From Bugula neritina (taxonomy: Eukaryota; Animalia; Bryozoa): DNA of 64,000 nt. Position numbers and translations under genes: made by a program. Under the pieces are notes generated by a model. That model was not told the DNA's origin, searched no databases, and worked only from the letters and a program-made list of their open reading frames with translations. The DNA is taken from assembly GCA_964035545.1 (NCBI GenBank), contig OZ037769.1, forward strand, positions 7,793,929 through 7,857,928, in the 5' to 3' direction. This document shows, piece by piece, positions 12,977 through 23,409 of this stretch (position 1 is its first letter; every line of letters begins with the position of its first letter).

Positions 12977-13313
12977 TGTTGTAATTTGCACAATTACTAT
13001 GCGTGGATTTTGCTTGCGTATTCAGTATGCGTCCTAACTAGTAATTACTAGGGTAGTAGCCATATAGTCTTTATTATCCACAATAAACACAGTACAAAAC
13101 ATTACACTAATTCACAGTAATACAATAGCCATCTAATACGTGTGTACACTTAGAGTCCTCGCTCACAACAACGTGATAACTACTAGCTAACTGTCACTGG
13201 GCCGAAAGCTCATCTTCCGGTTCTTCTTATTGGATAATATAATGGGGCCTTTAGTATTGCTCCAAGGAAGAGGAGATAATTCTTATTATTATAATACGTG
13301 ACCCATTACACCA
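12977..13313. mobile_element. Solo LTR with TTAT TSD
   Basis: TGTTGTAAT...ATTACACCA termini, TTAT on both sides; diverged relative at 15472-15805. Confidence 0.8.
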
Positions 13314-14087
13314 TTATAAATCTTCTTGTGTTCAAAACTTTTTGTTTCATGAAAACTTTTCCTCTTTTGCATTTTTTCCCATATAAATAGCTTTTTTCTG
13401 CTTCTTTTATATTATTTATTTTTGTGAAATCGCGCATAGTTCTAACATAATAAAAGTATTAGGAAAGCTAGTAGTTACTTCAGCTGATAAAGCATGCTTA
13501 CATATATCACTCGATTATATTACACCTGAATTGCAAATTAAGAGGATATTGGCCTCTCTAGGTGTATATACAAAAAGAAGGGTATGGTAAAATTTGATTA
13601 AACCATGTTGTTACTAATAGTTTGTTATGTGCATGACACTATCATCAGATAAAAGATATAAACGTGAGCTAAGGTACACACTTGGTATACAAGGCTGCCC
13701 AATAAAAATGATGGAATGAAATTGAAATGTTTCAAACAAAATAAAAAGGATATGTAATTACAATAGAAAAGGTTGAACGATGGCAGCTAGGAAATTAAAC
13801 CTTCCAGTGCCATTGTTTAATAGACGCTTTCTAGCATGCCTGCATGTTGTTGCAAGTTCATTGCAACCTTTTTATGATGAGCAATGTGGCTTGCAGAGGT
13901 ATCTAACCTATGTTTCTGTTATTGGTTACCAGTGCTTAATAGATTATGGCTTTTGTGCAGCATTCGTCATTAAGTGGGCAATTGGCCTTCACTTGCAGCT
14001 ACATGGTTCAAATGTGGTGTTTCTTTCACAAGAGTAGTTCTGGGATGACCAGGGCGCTAGCAGACGCCTTGTTTTTCTCAACTTTAT

Positions 14088-14450
14088 TCACCAACACCCG
14101 CCGTGCTGGCTAGCTGGGTTGAGATGGTCAGCCTTCTTCATCTTTTTCCTCAACTCCGCTGCCTCCTGGACAGCTGACCTGGCTGCTGGGAAGCCAATAA
14201 TCAGTCTCCTGCATTTCCCCAGGTCTTTTACACTAAGCAGTATCAGGTGACCGAATTCTGCGTACGATATCTTCTCCACTCCCTAGATCCGCGAACATAA
14301 CACTTCATGATTCTCTGGTGTCAAAGGATGTAGTCTCAGTTGTAGCTGTATTCCCCGCAGAAACAGAATGTGGTGATACAGTGCTATGAAACGCGCACCT
14401 TTAGGAATTGTTTTTGAGACATGTAGCACTTTGCACCCTCGCTCACCATT
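14088..14450 (-). pseudogene. Decayed third copy of the retroelement zinc-module ORF
   Basis: Minus-strand translation KCYMSQKQFLKVRVS*HCITTFCFCGEYSYN*DYIL*HQRIMKC, then after a frameshift VEKISYAEFGHLILLSVKD..LIIGFPAAR; aligns by eye to the 9167-10622 ORF. Confidence 0.75.
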
Positions 14451-15471
14451 ACTTGATAGATTGCGGCTTTTGTGCTGCATTGGCTAGTAAATCGGCAATT
14501 GCCCTTAGTTTTGCCGCTACAGAGTTTAGATGTGTTGCTAGGTTGGTCTTTTGCCAGAGTTTTCGTATTATAATGTCAAATAATTGATAGGATAGTTGGC
14601 ATGCAGCTGTGCGAGACTTTCAGCGTTTTATGTTTTGATTCTTATAATTCAGATAATTCTTAGATGGTATATAAAATATATTTCATGAATGCACTACTCA
14701 CCAGCTGTATTTCATGCTGTTGTGAGAAGCAATTTGTGGTTGCTAATGCTCTCCAGCATGTGATTTGCAATTTATTTTATCTTGCTGTTGTCTAAATTAT
14801 GTATGAAGTTTTATGGGCCGCCACATTTTTCTTTTAGGCAATCCAGCATATCGCATGTCAAACAGAATAACCAGAGGTTGTGTTGCCCAAAACTAATCAT
14901 GAGCAGGATGTGAATGTTCATTGAAATCGGCTTCAGACAGTTGAAGTTGGGATGTATAATCTTGAAGCAATTGGTTGGACACCCAATGTTTACATTATGC
15001 TGTACTTGAAACAATATTTTCAAAGACTGAAACTGTTATTTTGGAGTTATTTTTAGAGTAATAACTTTTAACAAGTTTTTTCGGTTTGTTTCAAGTGAGC
15101 ATCTTTCAGCATATTGATTTTTTTTGTGAATTTTTCTAATGGAAAATGTAATACATGTTTTTAAAACTGTTTCAAAATATTGTATTCAAATGTACATAGA
15201 TTTTCAAAATTTTCATAAATGGCTCTTGGATATAACAAGAAATGAGAGCTAACTTGAGTACTAATAAATACCTACATATAATATCTTATTAAAATAAAAT
15301 AGTCATGAGTTGTGTCCAATAATTGAGATGCGTCAAATGACCAAAAACACAATAATTGTACATATATGTCATGCGCATGAGGATATCAAGCTTTCTTTGG
15401 CTCTGTTAAACTGCAAGTTTAGGCTGCACCATTGTTACTTTGCATATCTTGTAAAATCAGTTCATGTATAT

Positions 15472-15805
15472 TGTTGTAATTTGCACAATTACTATGCGTG
15501 GATTCAGTGCTTGTTTCTAACTAGTAATTCCTAGGGTAGTAGCCGTATAATAGTTTTTATTATTCACTATAAACACAGTACAAAACATTACACTAATTCA
15601 CAATACCGCAACAGCCATTTAATACGTGTGTTCACTCTGAGTCCTCGCTCACAACAACATTATAACTGCTAGCTAACGCAGGAACTGTCACTTGATCTGA
15701 AGTTTATCTTCCGGCCCTTCTCATTGGATAATATAATGTGGCCTTTAGTATTCCCCCAAGGGAGAGGATATGATTCCATATTATCATACTACGTAACCCA
15801 TTACA
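15472..15805. mobile_element. Solo LTR, same family as 12977-13313
   Basis: TGTTGTAATTTGCACAATTACTATGCGTGG...CCATTACA; flanks ATAT and ATAC (imperfect TSD). Confidence 0.7.
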
Positions 15806-16029
15806 ATACGGCATTGTCTGCAAAAACAGTACAACTATTAATCCTACATAATTTTTTTTTTCTTAAACTATAATTGTACATACTTGTTCTATGCAGTAAT
15901 ATGGTAAATTTTTTACATATGCATTAGTAGCTCTCTATAATACAGATGCTCACCTAGCATTATTATGTTCACAATATAGCCACCAATAGTATAATAAAGA
16001 ACTGGAAACAATTTAGATTGGGCTAGTTA

Positions 16030-18300
16030 TAGTGTACTCTTATAGCCAGACGTAATCTGCCAAGGAACTCTGCTATATCATATTCCTGATTCCTGTAGCG
16101 CTGGCATAACAATTCCAATTGATGGTTTAGTCTGATGGTCTTTCGTCATACTCTGCGTCTTGCAGGTATCCCCTCTTGGCTTTTTCTAATTAATACCCTG
16201 TCATTCAAATCTTCTTTCTTTAAGCTTTCTATTGGTTTCCACACACTTGGGTGCCTGTGCCCTATGATATGTTTTATTCTACAAATACAAAAATAAAATA
16301 TTACATGCTTTATACAACTGCAGCTTTGTTGAGGTCGTTGTTGTTTAGTAATATAAGTATTGTGATAAAATGATGTTTCTTATAGTTTTATAATAATCAA
16401 TGAAAAACCATCTGCAGAACAAACATGGAGTTTTTAAACTGTACTACAAAATGTAAATTTTTATTCAACGACATTGAAAAATTATATTCATTTTTCTTAC
16501 CTGTTATTCCAACCTTCACAAATGTTGTTGGTTCTGGTGGGAACATGGGTGGTTACACCACTCTAAAATTAATGATGGCTTGTCCAGTGACATAAACTCT
16601 GTCGAAATAATATACCAGCTCTTCAAGCCCTGAAGGTATAAACAATAATTCAATTTAAGATTAAATATTGTAATAATTTTATGCGTGGAATGTTATAATT
16701 CGCTGCATGTAATTATTGGTGTGGGTTATTAGCTGATGGAACACAGTGACTCTTTGTGAGAGTATTTAGAACACAGTGACTCTTTGTGGGGGGTATTTAT
16801 GAACAAACAAATAAGAAGATTGATACTCACTATCCCTTTATTTCACTCCAAAATACATATATCCAAAAATAGAAAGTTAGGGAGGACAACTCCTTACATC
16901 GTGTGGAAAACTATTAGTAACTATTATTCAAGGTATAAGGTAATTAACTAAGTATATAAGTGTCCTTGCTTGGTAGCTCCGAGTTGTGTCTTCATCTGCT
17001 GTCGGCTGTAGACTGAACTCACTGATGTGAGGGCTTCCTTTTATATGTTGGGAAGTAGTTAACCTAGAAAGTTCCATGCGAATTCAAGGGAGTTCGCTGG
17101 AATCGCAGGGGATTCGCAGGGTCATAACAAAAGGTTCGCTCGAATCGCGCGAACTTCGAGGGGAAATCCCGGTCATCCTTATTATGTAAGTAGTCCTATG
17201 CGTAGCTAGGAACAATAGCTAATCCAGTCAGGGCAATAATATGTAGCTGGGAATAATAGCTAATCCCATCATTACCATCATGACACTTAGCTGTTAATGG
17301 ACTGTGGCTATGCAAATGATATACTTAAGAAAAACACGCATTCCATGGGAATGAAATTAATAATAGTAAGGAAATACACGCAACAATTACAATATACACA
17401 ATTTTACCACAATTTTTACTGGTATACAATAAGCATGCAATTTGTTTATATGCATCGTAGTTCAAATTGTATTCCAAACTTTATAGATAAAATTAGTACT
17501 TTCATGATCATATTCTGTCATATCAAAATACTTACAAGCATTTGACAAGAAATGGTTTCCGCTACCTTGCGGCGTATTCAGTGTCAAATAAGACATTCCT
17601 TGCCTGACATCCGCCAACGGCAAAAAAGCCAACCCATCCAAACTGCCTACAAATTGCCTATACTGCATGTTCTCTTGATAGGCTGCTGCCAGTCCTAACT
17701 GCTGTATTTTTCGCCATGTACTCTAAGAATGAAAGCAAAACATTTAGTATTTTAAAGGTATTTGCCAGTTATGTTGTGTTCTTGCATTTTACCACTATAT
17801 CATTCAATTTAAAATTTTATTTCTTACTACAGCTTTGTGCTGATGAGCAGCAATTTTGCTATGCACTGAGTTCATTGCAGCATGTGGTTTAATAAGCATT
17901 TTAAGTTACTTGTACAAAATAACTATAGGAGCAGCTGCTTTATAACATTTAGGACAAGCATGCATGCTGTAAAAATGTGTTACAAAAAAACCCTACAAAC
18001 AACATTTACTTGCAAACTTTGTTGCTCTTTATCAAAAATACTAATTGCATAGCTTACCTGACACAAGTGATAAAAGCAACCTCTTATGGTTGACAACGGC
18101 ATCACTGTTTTTAGGGCTTGATGAACCGCAGTTTCAAAGTCGCAGTGTATATTCGTCGGCTGAGGTGCTCCGTGCCTGTTTCTGGTGCAGGCCTCAGCCA
18201 CCATATGCAGCATCTCTGTGTATGCCTGTTGCGTTTTCCTTTGTAACATACATACCTGTCACCCACCCATTATCTAGGGGCACTCTTATTATGTACAACT
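16030..18300 (-). pseudogene. Intron-containing MULE (Mutator) transposase pseudogene
   Basis: Exon-like blocks: YVMLQRKTQQAY...IHCDFETAVHQALKTVMPLSTIRGCFYHLCQ (about 18057-18300), STWRKIQQLGL...LDGLAFLP (about 17565-17723), GLEELVYYFDRVYV (about 16500-16631). GT/AG ends present; stops in later exons. Confidence 0.8.
16669..17391 (-). mobile_element. Solo LTR (723 bp) with ATAT TSD, in a MULE intron
   Basis: TGTAAT...ATTACA termini; ATAT at 16665-16668 and 17392-17395; minus-strand TATAAAAG near 17040 and AATAAA near 16840. Confidence 0.8.
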
Positions 18301-18410
18301 AAAACAACCAGGTTTTTTCAATAATAAAAGAATAACTTTGAAACTTAAAAAAATAAGATGCCTTTTTTGCAGATCACATAAAAATCAATAAGTCTAAGTT
18401 GTACATATAT

Positions 18411-18716
18411 TGTTATGATTTTCAGAATTAGGGTCGATATGCAATCCAGAGAGTCTAATTACTTGCTAGAGAACTTCACCAGGATAAGTCGAGTGAACGA
18501 GTATATATTTTAAGTGCAAGAACACATTACGAAAACTATACAAATGCATTTAATAATTCCACACATCTAGATTATTCAACACTCTAACTTCGACTAACCA
18601 ACAGCGGAAAACTACTACTGCTACTAACTACTAAAGTCGCTAACCGGCTGTCATTGTTCCGGGTCATTTACGCGACCCTGCGTATCGTGCTGCTGGTAGC
18701 TCCACGAGCCACCACA
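18411..18716 (-). repeat. 3' LTR of the Gypsy element
   Basis: TG..CA termini next to the PPT; ATAT flank at 18407-18410. Confidence 0.75.
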
Positions 18717-19010
18717 CCGCCCCCACCAGCAGAAAGCCCTCTTTCTGATATAGAAAAAAATATTTCATTATTAACCACGTACATCAGTAGACCAAAAGAA
18801 AAGACATAACATATATAAAGATATACAATAACAGACAGAGTCATTATAACAGCAGGTCACATACAATTGGCCAGCTATAGAGAGGGAATACCGGCTAGTT
18901 GTAGTATTGGACAAGGAGTCGAGCTGTCGAGCAGCCAAGCATTTACATGATAGTCTTGGGTCCCCCAAGAGGATGAGGCTTGTGGGTCATTCCGGGCAAC
19001 AGAACCAGAG

Positions 19011-20131
19011 TCAGTGTTTGGCAAGCCGATGTTTGGCCTGGCAGGTACGTAACTTCCTCTTAATCCGGCCAACCGAACCTTTCAACTGAAAGAGTCCCGT
19101 CGTGGTATTAAGCAGATCCGGTGCTAACTGGGTAAACTCAGCTTGCAGTCGGAGGAGACGTTCTTCCACCGTGGCCAGGCGAGCGGGATCTGGGGACGGT
19201 GTCCGTCTTCGACGAAGAGGGGGACTTGGAGACCGGGTCCGTCTTTTTGTTGGGGTAGGGAGACTTCTCCTTCTTCGGGATAGGAAAACTCTTCGTGGGT
19301 GTACACAATCTGAGGGCGGTCAGGCACCAATGGAGATTGCTGCCTGGCGTAGTCTAGTACGCGCTGGAAACCCGAGGTCAGGACGGCCAACAACATCGCC
19401 TTCTTCACTAGGGGTCGTATTAGAGTTAAGAATTCTGGATAGAGTTTGGCATCTACCACATAATTCTCTCCGGGGAAACAGCCCGTCGCCCGATGTCTGG
19501 TGACGGGGTAGGGGTAGACATCATTATATCCACAGGGACAGAATGTGAGTAATAGGTGGGCGTTGACATGCAGCTTCAAGGAGCGGTCAGGGGCGCACTC
19601 TTCGTCACAAATCTGGCACCGCGTCCTTCCTTTGGATCCCCAGGCTGTTTCTATCTGCTCCTTTGTTTCTGGCGACGCCCACCGCCAACGGCTCGGGCCG
19701 GTCACCATTGGTATACTCCTCATGATGCGGAGCGGGAAGTGCTCTATCCCGTACCCTGGTTGTAACGGGTCGAGTGTAACCTGAAAGAGTTTCAACAGCG
19801 TTAGTATAATACACTGCAGTGTTGTCAGCTTAACCAGCCTGGCAACTTCTCGTTCAGTTACACTCGTAGAGATTTATGGTAGTGAATAGTCAGATAGAAC
19901 ACGTATTGCAATGAGATTATAAAAATCTCTAAGTCAAACTGAGTTCTTACTACGGTATTTCACTAACCTATCTCCAGCTCGATTGACCCAGTGAGTCGGA
20001 GCTGAGCGATGCAATCTAGTTTCCATATCAAGATATAGTTAACTCACCCCACGATCCGTTGTCGTAAGACATACTGAATTTGTGAAATGGTTTGGACTAC
20101 TGATTAGTAACACGTCTACTCTTGACTGCAT
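19011..20131 (-). pseudogene. Extra 3' ORF of the Gypsy (env position): zinc module plus coiled coil; putative exons 20131-20048 and 19780-19011, one frameshift
   Basis: VTGP...CQIC..LKLHVNAH..FCPCG..VTRHRATGC..VVDAKLYPEF..GF; shifted C-terminus LATVEERLLRLQAEFTQLAPDLLNTTTGLFQLKGSVGRIKRKL..*. Confidence 0.7.
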
Positions 20132-22275
20132 CAGCGTATGAAAAGATCGAGCAACGTGGTTGGGGTGCGTGGTTAAGACTTTGTGTACCCGGCGGATGAA
20201 TTTTGTTTCTACTTCCGCCGATACAAAAGTTGATATTTCCGTTGTGTTGACAACTCCCACATTTGCTCGATACTTTTCCCGTACGATTTTCCCCCAGACT
20301 TTCGTACGCGCCGCTTTTAATGCAGTCACAAACGAAGTCCTTCAAGTATGCGGGGGGTTGCCTCGTATGTTGTCCCCGCTCCAGGGGAGGTGACGCACTC
20401 GTCGGTGTGTTAGTAGGGGCCTCCGGTGGCGTCTCTACTTCACCGTTAGTGGTCACTTCTTCTTGTTCTCCGGATGGAGCCCCTCCCTCCGTGGGGGTTT
20501 GCACTTCCGGAACCGGCTCGGTTTCTGGAAGTGATGGAATCAGACTTGGCGGTGGCAGACGCGCTTCTGTTGGTAAAAGCGGTCGCTCATCTCTCACCAA
20601 GTCTTCCTCCCGCGGTACGACCACTTCATATTCGGGTCCCTGCCGCCGTTGCCCACGCGTTTTGTCTGCCTCCTGGGCTCCAACAACGGGCTTCTCCCAC
20701 TGCGTCGGGGCTAGCCCAGTACGACTTCAAGCGAGACTCATTCTGGATAGACACCTGTCCTGAGCGCTCAATCTTGTACGTATGGTTGGGCATCGCCTCG
20801 ACGATCACGTAGGGTCCCACGAACTTAGGCTGTAGCTTAGCCGCCTGTCCGCGACGCCTACGGTAATTGACGATCCACACCTTATCTCCCGTCTGGTAGA
20901 GGGGTGGTTCCTCGGAATCTTCGTGTCGCACCTTTCACTGCTGTTCGCGCAGTATATCGTGTGCGACCTTCATCCGTTCCACTAGTTCACTGGCATACTC
21001 GTGAATCGAGTTGTCTAGCTCTGGAACGTGGTAGGTGAGATGGTCAGGGACCCGGGTCTCTCCTGAGCATCAAGAGGTTTGGGGTCTCACCAGTACTGGT
21101 GTGTGGGGTGCTACGGTATGCACGCATGACTTGCGGCAATACCGTGTCCCATTCTTCTTGACTGCGTCCGAGGAGAAGACCCAGAGCGCATCACCTAGCA
21201 TTCGGTTGTTGCGCTCTACCACCCCGTTACCTTGGGGGTGGTAAGGGGTGGTCCTGCTCTGATTCACCACCCAGAGGCGGCAAAGGTCGCTCATCAGTTG
21301 GGACTGAAACTGCGCGCCTTGATCAGAGTGTATCTGTTCGGGAAGCCCGAAATAACAGAGTACATGTTGGTCTAGCGCCCTGGCCACAGTTGGGGCTGAC
21401 GCATCTGGGATAGCCAGAGCGTCTGCCCACCTAGTAAAGTGGTCGGTCAGTACTAAGATCCAACTATTGCCTCTGGGGGTCAGGGGCATGGGTCCGACTA
21501 GGTCAACAGCTACCACTTGCCACGGCCTGCCAGCATATAGCCTCCGCCGTCCCGCTTCACCAGGGAGACGGCCATGCTTGCTGGCCTGGCAGATTTCGCA
21601 CCGCTTTACTCTGAGCCGGACATTCCGCCCCATTTTGGGCCAATACCACCGGAGTTGCAATTTGGAGATCACTCTCTTGACTCCTGCGTGGGCCTGTTTG
21701 TGAGTGTCCCAAATTAACTCGCGGCGTATGGCGCTGGGGCAGACCACCCTCTTCCTCTCCGGGTGTCTGTCGTTGGCAGCTAGAGAAATGGTCAATAGAC
21801 CATCCTGCCCGATCCTCAGCGAGTCCCAACGCTGGCAGAGTAGCCGGAACTCGGCGCATCCCTGCCGTATGCGTTCTTCGCTGGGTCGTCGCCCGTCCTT
21901 TTTGGCCCGATATATGTCTGCCACTACCCCAGGCAACTCTTCCTGGAGCTTCTTCAGCTCCTGGACATTATCGGCCAGTACAGGATTGGCGCGCAGATTT
22001 TGTACAACCTCCGGGGACTCGTCAACCTCCTGCCTGAGTTGACCCTGGTCCCAGTCAAACGGTGCTCCGTGGTGAGCCAATGTCTCCATCGCGGGGGACC
22101 TCCGCCCCTCCTCTCGATGTTGAGACACTGTTTGCAACCTCCATCAGGTCGGCGGCTCAAACCATCCGCATTGCTGTGTCTCTTGCCCGGTCGATGTTCG
22201 ATCCGGTACGAGAACTCAGCTAGGATTTCGAGCCACCGGGCGACCTGACTGGAGGGCTCTGCTCTCTTGCACAAT
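20097..22275 (-). pseudogene. pol: Gypsy pol fragment (RNase H C-terminus and integrase), frameshifted
   Basis: ARWLEILAEFSYRIEHRPGKRHSNADGLSR; HKQAHAG..YWPKM..CEIC; DLVGP, HSDQGAQF, YHPQGNGVVER; KLQPKFVGPY; RQPPAYLKDFV. Confidence 0.93.
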
Positions 22276-23409
22276 CTTTTTAGCAGCATCACGGTAGTTT
22301 CAAACATGCCTGAATACAATTAAAGCATATTCTTCTTGCAATGCTTTCTGACTTCCTTTGAAAACAGCTTCAAACAAACTGATAAGTCTCACATCTTAAA
22401 AGCATTACTTCACAGCGTATTCACAGGAAATAACATAAAATTTTGACTGTAATTGCACCCATCACCTGAAAAGACCAAAGCAGTGTTCCCTTCTGTTTCT
22501 GCACTACACTGCCACGCCTTTTTCAATAACTGGATGACTATTCTCATCCTTCAAAATATATAATGTGTATCGAGAGAAGCATGCACAACCTCTTTTATAA
22601 ACTTTCTGAATAATTTTTATAGCATAGATCGAAGAAAAAATTAATGTATGGCTTGCTAACTGTAGAGTTATCGAAATAACATTGAAGAGCTGTTTTTATG
22701 TGACAGGCATTGATAACCGCTTGACACCTATTCAAACTGGAAACAGTTTTGTACATAAATACAAAAGCAGGTTTGTGTTCATTCGTTGAACTATAATTAT
22801 AGAGTATAGTTTTGTTGAGTAGGTAGTGGTGATTGAATAATTGACCAAATTAAACCAAGATCTTGTACATTGCGTCTATTTTGAAATATGTGCTGGGGCT
22901 CAATAAATATGTGAGGTATGTTTCACCATTGTTAGTTGAGACAATTAATTTTTAATAATGACAATAATATAACAATGGTCATAGTTTTTTATGAGATCGA
23001 AAAAAGTCATATGATGTGGTAGTGTTTTCCTTGAGGGTTATGTTAAAACTAGCTGTCATCACTACCATTTTTACCACAGCCTAACGATTTTCATCATGAA
23101 CAATTCTTCAAGCAAAGGGTATGATGTTTTGCTAATCACGTGGGTAGCTAAAGGATATGCATTTACCTAGTTATGGGAATCTTAATCTAGAGAAATTTTC
23201 ATTTTTTGTGACTTCTCATTTTAGAAGCGATCATACGAAAATATCACGAAAATAATTTTTTACAAAAATAATATAGTTAATGTTTCCCTAGTTATAATGA
23301 ATGCCATGACATATGCAATGTCACTACATATAATGGCAAATGCTCGGTTAGTAATGAAAGTTTAGTCTTGTCAAGGCTCAACTCTTGGCCTTTCAGATCC
23401 TCTGTACTT

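Larger units (their letters stand above)
18411..22275 (-). mobile_element. 5'-truncated Ty3/Gypsy LTR retrotransposon (end of RNase H, integrase, extra 3' ORF, PPT, 3' LTR)
   Basis: Pol motifs present; minus-strand purine-rich tract at 18717-18727 abuts an LTR TGTGGTGG...CATAACA (18716-18411) that is flanked by ATAT. Confidence 0.9.

Noticed and set aside
14300-14390. TGA stops at Arg positions as evidence of CpG methylation decay or stop-codon recoding
   Set aside because: The homologous codons in copy A are AGA/AGG, so CGA ancestry is unproven; ordinary decay is sufficient
12977-15805. The two related LTRs as ends of one element containing the 14.1-14.5 kb zinc-module remnant
   Set aside because: The first LTR has its own perfect TTAT TSD and interrupts a continuous AT-rich repeat, so two solo LTRs fit better
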